64,000 bases of DNA from a virus (taxonomy: Duplodnaviria; Caudoviricetes), in IMG/VR virus record IMGVR_UViG_637000272_000004, positions 21,538 to 85,537 of that record; one strand, written 5' to 3'. Below, piece by piece: positions 30,458 to 41,514 of this stretch. A program made the position numbers and the translations under genes. Each line of letters starts with the position of its first letter. Positions within the stretch are counted from its first letter, which is position 1. The notes under the pieces were generated by a model. It was given only the letters and a program-made list of their open reading frames with translations. It ran no database searches and was not told where the DNA came from.

Positions 30458-32367
30458 TACTTAACCTCCTCGCCTTTTATAATGCTCCAACCACTATTGC
30501 CACCAGTTCCGAAGTTTCTAACTAAAAACTGATGAGCAGATGCAAAGTTATTACGTCTTAACACTTGTGTTGTGTTGCCTGGTGTATTCGATTTTACTTC
30601 TAACACCCAACCTGCAATTCCTTTATAGTCTTTCGGGAAGTCGGTAAAGCGTTTTGATTCTTCAGCCGTGATATAGAAGTCTAGGCCAACGATTTTCAAG
30701 TCGGATAGTTTTGTGATGCTCTTAGGTATATGTTCCCAATATCCAGCACTCTGCGGGTTAAAGTTCCATGAGCCGTTGTTTTTCTTGTTAAAGATGTCGA
30801 TAACACGCTCAAATTTGAGCATATTTCTACCTGTGCTATTTCTAGTGAGTACTTGTCTTACCGCACCGTTATAATGTCCAGGTAATACATCAAAGAACCA
30901 ACCTGCATCCCTAAATTCTTTAGGCAACGGGAAATCTAGTGCGTTCTTTGTGTCTTGAGAGTATAAGTAGTAATTACCAATTTCAGTAACATCGCTTAGA
31001 TATGCTGGGTTTTGAACTGGCAGTGGTTTAACACGTCCACCTGAATCAGTCATCGATACCTGGGGTGCAATGTTTTTTAAGAATTGGTTTACACCTCTTT
31101 GACCGATAGAATAAATTGAATGATGTCTGTTGTTACCTGGTCCAATAGTTACCCCGATTAAAAGTGCTTTACGTCCCGTTTCTAGATCGTAATACATGTC
31201 GAGACCCTCAGCTTCTTGGAAGTCTCCTTTAAAGTTGTTATTCACACCGCCTATATCGATACGACGTTTAAATAACAATTCTTTCGTTTTGATGTCGAAG
31301 CCTTGCAAGTAATTAGGGTTAGCTGGATTTGAGTCGCCAGTGTACCAGTATAAGACACCTGCATCATAAGCAATACCTTGCATAGGTTGTGTTAACGAAG
31401 AATATTCCATCGGTATGTCCATTTGATATAACACTTTGTCAATACCCTTATCGATGTCATCAGCACTTCTTACTTCAATAAAATTCAATGCATTTTTAGC
31501 TTGTTGTTCAGAGGCTTTATATTCACGTCTAAAAATCATTAAGTTTTCTACTGGATTATAAATTGCTGACGTATATCTATCGTTAAATACATTTGGCATG
31601 ACGTCTTGCATTTCATTGCCGTACGTTATCTCTCCAGTTCTATATTTAAAACGTACAAACTTGTTGTTTTTGTTACTGTCCAATACAGCTGAATAAATCC
31701 ATAATTCTCCATTAATGTATCTATACGCATTGTGTGTGCCGTGACCGCCATTTTTAACAAGCAGTCTATCAATAAATTGTCCATTAGGCTTCAATCTAGA
31801 TAGCATGTAATGATTGCCTGGACGCGCTTGTGTCATATAAATAATTTTTGTTTTAGGGTCTACCCAAAATGATTGCATTACTGCATTTGTATACGGCGAT
31901 AAGTCAGTGATGAATTCCGGTTCTTGCTCTTTTGGTTCGAATCGATATTCAGTTGCTCGATATTCTTTGTAGTGTTCATCTACAGCCTTTTCAACTTTTT
32001 TAGTGAAAGCATCTAGCTTTGAATAATCATGATACAAACGATCTTGTAAAGTTTTGTGACCATAACCAGTATTATCAACACGTGCATCTGTTACTTCATT
32101 AATACCGTCGCCGTTATGACCTAGAATCATATTGCTAAAACGGCCATTTAGATATGTTAAAAAGTCAGAGACACTACTAGTAACTTGTAAGTGTTCATAC
32201 TTAATTTGCTCTCCGTCATGTGCAAATACTTCTTTGTTTCTATGGTATTCAAGAGAGAAATTTAAGTCAGTAAGCATATCTGAAATGAGTTTGAAATTAT
32301 ATTCATTCTCATCCACATACCTGTAATCGAAAACTCTGCTTAAATCTGTAATTAGTTTATTACTCAT
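30457..32367 (-). CDS. Receptor-binding protein (phi11 gp45/80alpha gp61-like)
   Basis: 636 aa; AVMQSFWVD, GGHGTHNAY beta-propeller. Confidence 0.9.
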   Translation of the reverse strand: MSNKLITDLSRVFDYRYVDENEYNFKLISDMLTDLNFSLEYHRNKEVFAHDGEQIKYEHLQVTSSVSDFLTYLNGRFSNMILGHNGDGINEVTDARVDNTGYGHKTLQDRLYHDYSKLDAFTKKVEKAVDEHYKEYRATEYRFEPKEQEPEFITDLSPYTNAVMQSFWVDPKTKIIYMTQARPGNHYMLSRLKPNGQFIDRLLVKNGGHGTHNAYRYINGELWIYSAVLDSNKNNKFVRFKYRTGEITYGNEMQDVMPNVFNDRYTSAIYNPVENLMIFRREYKASEQQAKNALNFIEVRSADDIDKGIDKVLYQMDIPMEYSSLTQPMQGIAYDAGVLYWYTGDSNPANPNYLQGFDIKTKELLFKRRIDIGGVNNNFKGDFQEAEGLDMYYDLETGRKALLIGVTIGPGNNRHHSIYSIGQRGVNQFLKNIAPQVSMTDSGGRVKPLPVQNPAYLSDVTEIGNYYLYSQDTKNALDFPLPKEFRDAGWFFDVLPGHYNGAVRQVLTRNSTGRNMLKFERVIDIFNKKNNGSWNFNPQSAGYWEHIPKSITKLSDLKIVGLDFYITAEESKRFTDFPKDYKGIAGWVLEVKSNTPGNTTQVLRRNNFASAHQFLVRNFGTGGNSGWSIIKGEEVK

Positions 32368-32381
32368 GTTTTCCTCCTTTA

Positions 32382-34283
32382 TTATCCATAAAACTGATAA
32401 TAATTTTTAATAAGTTCATACATAATAACTTCATGACCTCGTTCGTTCGGATGTAACCCGTCAGGCATGCTGGATTTTCTAAATGCAGGATTATAAGGTT
32501 TGAAATAGTCTGTATGATATGCATCATATACAGGCACGTCTAATTCACTGCAAGCCAAAACTTGAGCATTTACATAGTCTTCAAGTGTTAACCCTAATTT
32601 ATTTTTATCCGTGTCTTTACGGCGTATTTTAGTGCCATCCATAGGACATTGTCTTGTAGCTGTCATGACTAATATTTTAGCTTGTGGGTTATTTTCTTTT
32701 ATAATGTTAATAGCACTACAGAAAGCGCCATAAAAGGTTTTTAAATCTATTTTGCTATCTCCAATCGGCACTCCTTGCCAATAACCGTGAAGCCAGTCGT
32801 CATCAGTACCTTGAACTATGATTAAATCACCTCTTATTTGTTCTGCCTGACGATATATACTGTTTTCTGTTTTGTCTGTACCAATTGGCACGGTAGCCAT
32901 CGTAGCACCACCCCTTGCAAGGTTTGTCGTTTTAGCTTTTAACTTCTTGCCTAACATTTCAGTAAAATTTGTTTTCGCATGTGATCCTCTAGCTACAGAA
33001 TCGCCAATCGTTCCAATTGTTTTTACATCTTTAATGTTTGATTTATCCACAAAATCATGAACGATAGTGCCGTCAGATGTAGTCACAGTTTTAGAGCTTA
33101 CCTTCTGTTGTTTATCTTCAATTAGATCAGTTCTACTCATTAAATCAAGTGTGGATTTAGCTATCGATGCAACTTTAGATTTTAAGTTTTCTGCCGCTTT
33201 ACTAGGATTAGAAAGGTTAACATCGTTTAATCCGGAAACGTAATTAGCAGCAGTATTTACTTTCTTCATATATCGTTGTTCTCGATTAAACTCACCAAGC
33301 GTTATATCTTGCTTAACAATTACATTGTTTATACCCCTAATCGTTTTAACATGTACTATACGGACTAAATCATTCAAACCTAGTTTGGTAGATTTTATTT
33401 GTACTATGTCTCCGGGTTGTGGGTCTGCTTCTGGATATGATTCTCTTAAGACCAAAAAATCTAAAGACAAAGATTGTTTTAACGACTTTTTCAATCTCGA
33501 TTGCAATTCTTTATTCATAGTTTCTTGGTCAGTCACTTTACCATCTTTAAATGGTTCTGCGTGGATATCGCCGTATATTTCAGCTAATGCACTTCTAGCT
33601 TCCATTACGAGCCCAGCGTGTTCGAATGTTTCTTCTCCTGAATAATTACCATATCCTCTAATGAAGGTGGCGAAATCACTTGCATCTTCCTCGAGTTTTA
33701 TAGCGTTGGCGTTGACTTCGTCAGAAATAAAATAAGACGCTTTTTGATTTGAAAAAGGCGTCAATACAAACTTATATCTGTCTTTCTTTTTGTCATACGT
33801 TATTTTATATTCTAAACCGAAATGTTCTAATCCCTTTTTAAACATTTCTAACCTTGTATCGCCTTCACCACCATTTTCAAACTTCGAAGACTTAACTTTG
33901 CCCTCGACTTCAAAAATCATTCCAGTACCTTGGAACACAATATTAAAATATCTTTCTACTGTAAAAGAACCTGTTACATTGACATAAATTCTATCAATCA
34001 TTAACTTGTCTATGGGAATCTCTCTAGCAGTACATTCAACCAGTTGTCTGTCGCCTTCTGATTTCCTATCAATGACAGTTATTACATATTCTTTCTTGTC
34101 ATTTTCACCTTCGACATGACTAACAATCCATCTTTTCCCTATAGCGTTAATAACTTCATAAGTGTATTTGTTTTCGAGAATATCAAAAGTTAACACACCG
34201 TCAGCATTAACTTTTTTCACTAAAGTTGTTTCTACTGGTACAGGTGCGCCATTACCTTTAGGTGGTCTTACAATTATTGTCAT
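32382..34283 (-). CDS. Tal with C-terminal SGNH/GDSL domain
   Basis: IGDSVARG, QGTDDDW, DGLHPN. Confidence 0.9.
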   Translation of the reverse strand: MTIIVRPPKGNGAPVPVETTLVKKVNADGVLTFDILENKYTYEVINAIGKRWIVSHVEGENDKKEYVITVIDRKSEGDRQLVECTAREIPIDKLMIDRIYVNVTGSFTVERYFNIVFQGTGMIFEVEGKVKSSKFENGGEGDTRLEMFKKGLEHFGLEYKITYDKKKDRYKFVLTPFSNQKASYFISDEVNANAIKLEEDASDFATFIRGYGNYSGEETFEHAGLVMEARSALAEIYGDIHAEPFKDGKVTDQETMNKELQSRLKKSLKQSLSLDFLVLRESYPEADPQPGDIVQIKSTKLGLNDLVRIVHVKTIRGINNVIVKQDITLGEFNREQRYMKKVNTAANYVSGLNDVNLSNPSKAAENLKSKVASIAKSTLDLMSRTDLIEDKQQKVSSKTVTTSDGTIVHDFVDKSNIKDVKTIGTIGDSVARGSHAKTNFTEMLGKKLKAKTTNLARGGATMATVPIGTDKTENSIYRQAEQIRGDLIIVQGTDDDWLHGYWQGVPIGDSKIDLKTFYGAFCSAINIIKENNPQAKILVMTATRQCPMDGTKIRRKDTDKNKLGLTLEDYVNAQVLACSELDVPVYDAYHTDYFKPYNPAFRKSSMPDGLHPNERGHEVIMYELIKNYYQFYG

Positions 34284-34291
34284 TCTGACAC

Positions 34292-35239
34292 CTACTTATA
34301 ATAAAATTTCAAATCAAACTGAACTTTTTGAACTGTTTGATTAAACTCAAATTTATTAGCTCCGTATTTAAATTTTGGTTGGGCTATGTTCGTTTCAGTG
34401 CTTATTTCGACACCGTTTTTATAAACTCGGAAGCTATCATAAACAATTCTGTCTCCAGCTTTTAGTTTGATCCCTTCGATTTTCATTATTTCAGCATGCG
34501 TTAAATTCCATACAAACGATTCTGTATCTTCGCCTAAAATAATTGTTATCTTTTTATACATGTTGAATTGGTCGTTAGGAGCACTACCATGATAGTAAAC
34601 TGTACCTTTGCTCAAATTTTCAAATGTATACTTTCTTTTGTCTCCGCCTGCATGCCAATCGATATTAAAATCAAACGACCACAATCCAACCTTTTTGTTT
34701 TCTTCTAGCTCTAGGCTTGTTCCAATGCTTTCACCGTATGGTAATTCTGTAGTTTCGAATTTTAGTTCAAAAGAAACTTTATTACCTTTTTGTTTAGGGT
34801 TTATAACTCCATTAAAAATAACTTTATACTGTTTACCGTTTACATAAATTTGTTGATCGTGTCTTGAATATTCGTAATCCGGGAAGTTATTTTTATCTAA
34901 TTTCACGTAATCATCAGAAGTTGGTTGAGTAAACCTGTAATTCAACTCCTCTTTTCTTCTGATTTCTCGTAAATACATTGGTTCTATGTCTGTCGTTAAC
35001 GAATACAACATATCTCGCATATAAGCAATGTCTGAACGATTTTTTACTTTACAAAAACAAGGAACAACTATATCTCTACTGATATAATTGCTCCCCATTA
35101 ATATACGACCGTTCATATTTTCTTTGTCTTGATACTTTGTGTTGATTTGCATGCTATCAATTACTATATCGTTAACGATAAACCCGTATTCACTTAATTT
35201 GATTACAGTACCATCTTTTTTTGTTAATTCTATGTCCAT
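34292..35239 (-). CDS. Distal tail protein (Dit)
   Basis: 315 aa directly after the tape measure. Confidence 0.88.
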   Translation of the reverse strand: MDIELTKKDGTVIKLSEYGFIVNDIVIDSMQINTKYQDKENMNGRILMGSNYISRDIVVPCFCKVKNRSDIAYMRDMLYSLTTDIEPMYLREIRRKEELNYRFTQPTSDDYVKLDKNNFPDYEYSRHDQQIYVNGKQYKVIFNGVINPKQKGNKVSFELKFETTELPYGESIGTSLELEENKKVGLWSFDFNIDWHAGGDKRKYTFENLSKGTVYYHGSAPNDQFNMYKKITIILGEDTESFVWNLTHAEIMKIEGIKLKAGDRIVYDSFRVYKNGVEISTETNIAQPKFKYGANKFEFNQTVQKVQFDLKFYYK

Positions 35240-35251
35240 TTGTAACCTCCT

Positions 35252-38200
35252 TTATAAGTAATACTCAGAATTGCGTTTAGCATTTCTGCCGTTAACAATA
35301 CTAGTAAGTGCGTCGTTATTAATATCAAGTTCAACTTTTACAGTTTTCATGTTCGGTGATGTTTCAATAGAATGTGTGTGTTGTACTTGCGCATTTATAT
35401 TTCCACCTAAATTACTTAAGTTTCCTGTAATACTAGAAATGTCAGGTGCGTTTAATGTAGGTTGAAATGCATCAACTACTTTATCTGCAACATTAGAAAC
35501 ATTACGGATAACTTTACTTGAATGATTATCTATACCTTTAACGAAACCTAGCATTGAATACATACCAACATCCATGAATTCACGTGAAGGTGAGTGAATA
35601 CCCAAAGCACTTTTAGCTGCATCTAAAGCTTTCTTAGCAACATTTTTAGCCGCGTCTACTAATTGGCCAGCCATTTGTCCAATACCTCTAATTAAACCAC
35701 GGATCATATCAGCACCTGCAGACACAAAATCTCCTATAAAGCTTTTTATTTTATTTACTGCATTTGTCATACCTTGACTAACTTTGTTTACAACATTGAC
35801 GAATCCTTGAATAACTCTATTAACAAAGTTAATTAGCGTACTTGTTATAGTAGATACCCATTGCATACCTTTAGTGACAATGAAGTTCCAAGCTTGAGAC
35901 ATTTTGTCTGAGATAGTTGATACAACTTGTGTGAATATACTTACTACTTTGTTCCAAATAGTCGTTAAAATACCAGATAAGAAACTCCAAATTGTATTCC
36001 AGATATTTGAAATAAAACTCCATGCCGCTTGTAATGCAGTAGATATAGCTGTAGTGATAGCGTTCCAAACCGTAGTTGCCACAGTAACTATAGTGTTCCA
36101 CAACGTTTGTAAGAACGTCCAAATAGCGTTCCAAATTGTCATTGTGATAGTCATGATTGTTGTAAACACAGTAGTTATTACAGTGACTAACAAATTCCAA
36201 ATCGTAGTAGCGATTGTAATTATCGTGTTCCAGATTGTACTTAAGAATGTCCAAATAGCTGTCCATATCGTCATAACTATTGTCATTATCGTCGTGAAAA
36301 CAGTTGTAATGATTGTAACTAAAAGGTTCCATACTGTTGTTGCAATAGTGATAATTCCATTCCATAGCCCTTGCAAATAAGCAACTATTTGATTCCAAAT
36401 AATCATTATAAAATTGTAAACATTCGATACTGCTGTAGTGATAGCTGTTAAAATAGCATTCCATACAACCGAAGCTACAGCTTTTAATACATTCCAAACA
36501 TTAACCATAAACGTTTTTATCGCATTCCAAGCATTTATAATAAAGTTTCTGAATCCTTCATTTTTATTCCACAATAAAACGAATATAGCTATTAATGCAG
36601 CGATTACACCAATTACTATTGTTATTGGACCACCTAAAATACCAAACACAGTTACTAGTCCTGTGACAGCATTTCTAATTAATCCAATCTTACCGAATAA
36701 CAGTTGGAATATAACTGATATAATCTTTAATGGTCCTTTTAATAACATGAACGCACCTTTTAAAATTGTTAATCCCGCTCTTAATAAACCGAACTTACTT
36801 ACTAATGCAAATAATCGTATTCCAAACACTCCTAAAAAGTCTATTGTCGCTAAAATTGGAGCAATTAAAAACCTAAATGCACCAACTAAAGTTATAATGA
36901 CACCAACTAATTGTGCTGTAGCTGGATGCGCCTCAAACAAGTTAGCTATCCAACCAGTTATTGCTACTGCAACGCGTAATACCGCACTAGCTATAGGAGC
37001 CATCGCTGTTGCGAATGCAACTAATCCTCTTGCGATGTTTCCAATCAATTGCATTATTAGTGGTCCATTTGTTTGTATATAACTGACAAAGTCTTTGAAC
37101 CCTTGAGATTGTCCTACTTGTTCAGACCATTCCCTAAATTTAGCTGTCATCTGTTCGAGAGACTGGAATATACCAGTTGACGATCCACTAAATGCATTCA
37201 TCAAATTATTAATTCCAGCGAAAACATTTTTGAAAATGTTGCCGATTATAGGTAAATTTGTTTTTGTGTATTCAATAAAACGAGTAATCGAATTTTCTCC
37301 AGCTGCACTATTAGCCCAGTTAGAGAAAGATTGACCTAATCTATCCAACCAATCAGCCGACCATTGAAACAGTGGTGCTAATTGTGTGAATACATTGACT
37401 AATCCATCACCGAAACCGCCTGCAGCACTTAATAGCTTGTTAAATACCGAAACACCAGTTGTATTCATCATGTTGAAGAACCTTGATGCTACACCGCTAT
37501 TTTGAGCCCATTTAAGCACGCTTTGAGACGCTTCTTCCATTCCTCTTGAAATACCACTAAAAAACGGTTGTAAGCTCTGCATTGCTGTTTTAACAGTATT
37601 TAAACCATTTGCAAGAGTTGTGAAGATAGCGGATTGATTTTGCTTTATAATATCAGTCCATGCTGACTTTACGCCATCTAAAGCTTTTTTGTATTCGTTT
37701 GTTGCTGAGCTAGCTTGTAAAGTGCCATCATTAAGCATCTTTATAGCGCTGATAGCCATTGCGCCAAATGCTACAAAGCCAGCGCCGGCTATTGCTACCG
37801 CACCACCTAAAGCAAGTACACCGCCAGTTAACACTTTGATAGCGTTTAATAGCGCAAATACTACAGGGACTACGCTCGCTATTACAGGTATTAAGATACT
37901 AAAAGATGATGTAAGTAATCCACCAACCATATTAGAACCTACAGTACCGAACACACGGAACATATTAGCTAAATTCCCCATCTGTCTTTGAAAATTGTCA
38001 TTTGCTTTTATTATGTAGGCATAAGCTTTCTTTAAACCATTAGTATCGACATCTACCTTTGTTGTTTTTTTGTTCGGCAATGCGTCTAATGATTTTTTAA
38101 ACGCATAAATAGTTGGTATAGAAAGCCCTGTATCTACATCTAACCGAGATCTAGTTTTGTTTGGAATACTTTTAAGCTCTTCTTTAGTGCGTTTGATTTT

Positions 38201-38716
38201 AGAGTTAGCAACACCATTGTCCACGTCTATAATAGCTTTGGCTTTAGATCTATTAAAAGCTTCTAAACTAGATTTAGACACTTTCAATACTCGATTGAAT
38301 TTACTGTTATCAGCATTGACGTCAATATTGACACGTTTCTTTTCTAATTCTGATAATTTAGCTTCTGCTTCAGCGATATCTTTAGTTAACTTTTGTTTTT
38401 GTAGTTTAACCTCAGGGCTAGCTTCTTTGGAGTTTAGTTTATCTAGCTCAAAGTTTGATTCTAATACTTTTTGTTGTAAATCTTGTATATTAGCATCTAG
38501 TTTAGCTTTTGCTTGCTTGTTGCTAAATGCATCTAAAGACTTTTTAGCAACTTTGATAGTTTTTTGTAAATTTTTATCGTTAGCATTTAGTTCGACATCT
38601 TTAGTTTGGTCTGCTACTCGTTTGAATCTTTGCACAGACTTAACCGCACTATCAATTTGCTTTTTGAATTTAGCTACACTTGCTTCAATAGTCGCTTTAA
38701 TTTTATATTCCGTCAC
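35252..38716 (-). CDS. Tape measure protein
   Basis: 1154 aa with periodic W/F repeats. Confidence 0.95.
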   Translation of the reverse strand: MTEYKIKATIEASVAKFKKQIDSAVKSVQRFKRVADQTKDVELNANDKNLQKTIKVAKKSLDAFSNKQAKAKLDANIQDLQQKVLESNFELDKLNSKEASPEVKLQKQKLTKDIAEAEAKLSELEKKRVNIDVNADNSKFNRVLKVSKSSLEAFNRSKAKAIIDVDNGVANSKIKRTKEELKSIPNKTRSRLDVDTGLSIPTIYAFKKSLDALPNKKTTKVDVDTNGLKKAYAYIIKANDNFQRQMGNLANMFRVFGTVGSNMVGGLLTSSFSILIPVIASVVPVVFALLNAIKVLTGGVLALGGAVAIAGAGFVAFGAMAISAIKMLNDGTLQASSATNEYKKALDGVKSAWTDIIKQNQSAIFTTLANGLNTVKTAMQSLQPFFSGISRGMEEASQSVLKWAQNSGVASRFFNMMNTTGVSVFNKLLSAAGGFGDGLVNVFTQLAPLFQWSADWLDRLGQSFSNWANSAAGENSITRFIEYTKTNLPIIGNIFKNVFAGINNLMNAFSGSSTGIFQSLEQMTAKFREWSEQVGQSQGFKDFVSYIQTNGPLIMQLIGNIARGLVAFATAMAPIASAVLRVAVAITGWIANLFEAHPATAQLVGVIITLVGAFRFLIAPILATIDFLGVFGIRLFALVSKFGLLRAGLTILKGAFMLLKGPLKIISVIFQLLFGKIGLIRNAVTGLVTVFGILGGPITIVIGVIAALIAIFVLLWNKNEGFRNFIINAWNAIKTFMVNVWNVLKAVASVVWNAILTAITTAVSNVYNFIMIIWNQIVAYLQGLWNGIITIATTVWNLLVTIITTVFTTIMTIVMTIWTAIWTFLSTIWNTIITIATTIWNLLVTVITTVFTTIMTITMTIWNAIWTFLQTLWNTIVTVATTVWNAITTAISTALQAAWSFISNIWNTIWSFLSGILTTIWNKVVSIFTQVVSTISDKMSQAWNFIVTKGMQWVSTITSTLINFVNRVIQGFVNVVNKVSQGMTNAVNKIKSFIGDFVSAGADMIRGLIRGIGQMAGQLVDAAKNVAKKALDAAKSALGIHSPSREFMDVGMYSMLGFVKGIDNHSSKVIRNVSNVADKVVDAFQPTLNAPDISSITGNLSNLGGNINAQVQHTHSIETSPNMKTVKVELDINNDALTSIVNGRNAKRNSEYYL

Positions 38717-38732
38717 ATTAACACCTCTCTTT

Positions 38733-39077
38733 CTATTGCTTATTAAATTCTGCTATAACTTTAAAGAATTCATTATTTTGTGGTTCGTATTCATCACGTT
38801 CGCTACTAAATCTTATATCTTTACCTTCGTTAAGCCGTTGGATATTTTCTTCATAAGGCAATACGTCGTTTGCGTTGTTAAAAACATATTCCTCTTTAGG
38901 TTTATTTTCTGTCCCAACATTTTTAGTAGCTGCAGCATCACGAATAGCAAACGCAAGTTTGTAACGTTCGAATTCTTGGGTTAGCATTTCATATTCTTTC
39001 GCATAAATTCGATAGTTATATTCTGTTAATGTCATTTGCTCAATAACATTTAAATCTGTAATACCAAGTGTTGACAT
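38733..39077 (-). CDS. Tail assembly chaperone, frameshift-extension part
   Basis: Frame is open upstream as far as the slippery site. Confidence 0.8.
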   Translation of the reverse strand: MSTLGITDLNVIEQMTLTEYNYRIYAKEYEMLTQEFERYKLAFAIRDAAATKNVGTENKPKEEYVFNNANDVLPYEENIQRLNEGKDIRFSSERDEYEPQNNEFFKVIAEFNKQ

Positions 39078-39106
39078 ACAAGTGATAACGATTCTGTCGT
39101 AAGTTA

Positions 39107-39472
39107 TTACGCTTCCGCTGGTTTCTCTTCCGCTTCCACTACTTCTACTAGGTTTCGGGTCATAGGTCGCTTTCCCAACTCCGTTAAAATATCCGAACCG
39201 AATTCTTCTAGTCCGATATTTTCTGCTATTTCATCTAGTGCTTCATCAATGTTATTAATAGTAATTGCTTGTTTTTTTAAGTGAGATGTAGCTGCAATTA
39301 AAACTTCGCCAATCACAACAGGATTTCCACTTTCTAAACCTACAGGCAACATTGATACACCTTGACCAATAGAAGCTTGCTCTACTTTTAAACCCAATCT
39401 GTTATCAATCTCTCTTAAAAATTTAAAACCAAAGCTTAACTCTAGTGACTTTCCATTAATTTCTACATTCAT
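39107..39472 (-). CDS. Tail assembly chaperone
   Basis: MNVEINGKSLELSFGFKFLREID; follows the major tail gene. Confidence 0.85.
   Translation of the reverse strand: MNVEINGKSLELSFGFKFLREIDNRLGLKVEQASIGQGVSMLPVGLESGNPVVIGEVLIAATSHLKKQAITINNIDEALDEIAENIGLEEFGSDILTELGKRPMTRNLVEVVEAEEKPAEA
39170..39176 (-). promoter_or_regulatory. Programmed -1 frameshift site G GGA AAG
   Basis: In-frame lambda G/GT-type heptamer; the -1 frame reads without a stop into 38733-39077. Confidence 0.75.
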
Positions 39473-39533
39473 CTTTAAAATCTCCATTCATGATTAATTT
39501 AAACAAAAATAAAAAGGGCGTTAAGCCCTATTT

Positions 39534-40115
39534 TTATACTTCTCCTGGTACAGACGATGGCGAATCCACTTTAGGTTGAGGAATTGCTGTTAACTCTTCG
39601 CCAGTTAACGCATCTTCTTTTGTAGTGTCATGGAATTTGTATCCAGCCGCCTTAAGTTTCTTTGTTACAGCCTCAGGCAATGTTGCAAATCCACGTTGGA
39701 AACGACCATTCACTCCGTATTCGTATTCATATTCATCAATGCCGTTAGCTTCTGCTTTTAATTCGAATTTATTGTGGAAACCTTGGAAATATTTCGCTTT
39801 AAATTTAGTAGCATCTCCACCTTTGCCCGGTATTCTACTTTCAACTTCCCAAGCTTCATACAATACGCGGTCTACAACCGCATCTTCAATTTCATCTGCA
39901 AAAGCGTCACCATAAGACATTTTGGCAGTTCCAGACATTGTTGATTCAACTGAACCACCAGTGTTATAAGAACCGTCCATTGTATCCTCTGTATCTGTAT
40001 CAGCTTCATGTGATAAGCCGTATTCAGTTAAAAAAAGCATTTTAGTAGCATCTACTTTTTCGCCAGCTTTTCTAAACAAAATAATACGATCATTACTATT
40101 TTTCATATTTGCCAT
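39534..40115 (-). CDS. Major tail protein (TP901-1 family)
   Basis: 193 aa, FRKAGEKVDATKMLFLTEYG. Confidence 0.92.
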   Translation of the reverse strand: MANMKNSNDRIILFRKAGEKVDATKMLFLTEYGLSHEADTDTEDTMDGSYNTGGSVESTMSGTAKMSYGDAFADEIEDAVVDRVLYEAWEVESRIPGKGGDATKFKAKYFQGFHNKFELKAEANGIDEYEYEYGVNGRFQRGFATLPEAVTKKLKAAGYKFHDTTKEDALTGEELTAIPQPKVDSPSSVPGEV

Positions 40116-40132
40116 TCAATATTCCTCCGTTT

Positions 40133-40516
40133 TTAAAATGTTTTGTAAGATATCGTTACTGATGTGTGTAGCAATTCTTGATTGGTAGTATCATCAACTA
40201 ACTGTGTGATGTTAGTATCGTCTTCTTCAAAGTCATAATTGTTTGTTTTAACGCTAGGTGTTAAATCATCAATACATCTTTTAACGAGTTCGTCATGATG
40301 TCCTAAATCATCGCTTACACTCCAAATATCAATAACTAAATTCGTGTCGCCAGAATAACTATCAAAGGTGTACTTACTTCTATTTGACTCCGGCATTTTT
40401 ATGACAAAAAAAGGATACGGAATCTCTTGTTGCATCTCTTTACGAGAAATAACAGGGAACCCATATCCTTGTAGCGTTTCATACGCTTTATTATAAAGTT
40501 GTAAGTTCGGTGTCAT
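40133..40516 (-). CDS. Tail terminator
   Basis: 127 aa; synteny. Confidence 0.75.
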   Translation of the reverse strand: MTPNLQLYNKAYETLQGYGFPVISRKEMQQEIPYPFFVIKMPESNRSKYTFDSYSGDTNLVIDIWSVSDDLGHHDELVKRCIDDLTPSVKTNNYDFEEDDTNITQLVDDTTNQELLHTSVTISYKTF

Positions 40517-40527
40517 GCTTTTATCTC

Positions 40528-40875
40528 CTATTCAAACAACGCTTTCAATTCTTCTACAGTTGATTTCCTAATCACTTCGTATACCGGCCACATAAAAGGT
40601 TCTGCCTCCATGTATCGAGTACCAAATTCTAAGAAACCACTATAAGCTGCATGCGATGTGATAGTGTATTGCAAATCGCCAGTTTTTTTATATCTGATAT
40701 TTCGTGATAAATTACCAGTCCAATAACCTTTATTCATTACTTCTCTAGCTTTTAATTTAGCTCTTACTACGTATTCTTTAGCTTTGTCTAGTAAAATGTC
40801 GTCTACATCATCTTCAATGTTGTTTTTCATATCGTGAAATTGGTTTAACAACGCGCCTAATCCATCTATATTCAT
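40528..40875 (-). CDS. HK97 gp10-like tail completion protein
   Basis: [20 protein letters not shown]. Confidence 0.85.
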   Translation of the reverse strand: MNIDGLGALLNQFHDMKNNIEDDVDDILLDKAKEYVVRAKLKAREVMNKGYWTGNLSRNIRYKKTGDLQYTITSHAAYSGFLEFGTRYMEAEPFMWPVYEVIRKSTVEELKALFE

Positions 40876-41177
40876 TAGTTGACCTCTTCGATGTAATATG
40901 ACGTTTCGTGTCTGTATGCCCTTGTATCAACTATCTTGTAGCGAATGCCATTAATCAACACGTGACTAACAGGATAAGATATCGATTCTTTCACTCTTAA
41001 AACACTCACATCATTTTTTACATCGCCAAATTCAAGTTGCTTTCTCGCTCTAGAAATGGGGTTAATATTGCATGGTATTGCATCATAAGTAATGAACGTG
41101 TTTTCTTTTTTACTAGTTTTAGGATTGTAAGTTGCTATTTGTTCTAATTGGAAAACAGCTCTATCTTCATATCTCAA
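40875..41177 (-). CDS. Head closure/stopper protein
   Basis: 100 aa; synteny. Confidence 0.75.
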   Translation of the reverse strand: MRYEDRAVFQLEQIATYNPKTSKKENTFITYDAIPCNINPISRARKQLEFGDVKNDVSVLRVKESISYPVSHVLINGIRYKIVDTRAYRHETSYYIEEVN

Positions 41178-41506
41178 AAGAATACAGCCCTTCCTTTTTT
41201 AGTCCTTGTTCTAGCATTAAAGAAATTATCAATAATAGCTTCATACTCCTTAAAATCATTTAATTCATATGAGTTGCTACGTCCATCAACTGCTTCTGAT
41301 GTCATACCTTCAGCACCAATCCTGTTATATCGTTTAACTGCAACCTCTTTAATCATGTAGCTAAACCTTTCCGGTATTTGTTCAACCTCAATAGGTAACA
41401 TTGATAACAACTGGCTTTCGCAACTTTTGATTATTTCTTGTAACTGTTCGTCTTGCTTATCATCTTTAAGACCTATGCGTTTCTTAACGTCATCTAATGT
41501 AGTCAT
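41174..41506 (-). CDS. Head-tail connector
   Basis: VKRYNRIGAEGMTSEAVDG. Confidence 0.85.
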   Translation of the reverse strand: MTTLDDVKKRIGLKDDKQDEQLQEIIKSCESQLLSMLPIEVEQIPERFSYMIKEVAVKRYNRIGAEGMTSEAVDGRSNSYELNDFKEYEAIIDNFFNARTRTKKGRAVFF

Positions 41507-41514
41507 ATAACCAC

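Noticed and set aside
35871-36497. 208-aa alternative-frame ORF and repeats in the tape measure gene
   Set aside because: A by-product of the periodic tape measure repeats; not a CRISPR array or DGR (no spacers, cas or RT genes).
38157-38984. 275-aa + strand ORF
   Set aside because: Antisense shadow of the tape measure and chaperone genes.
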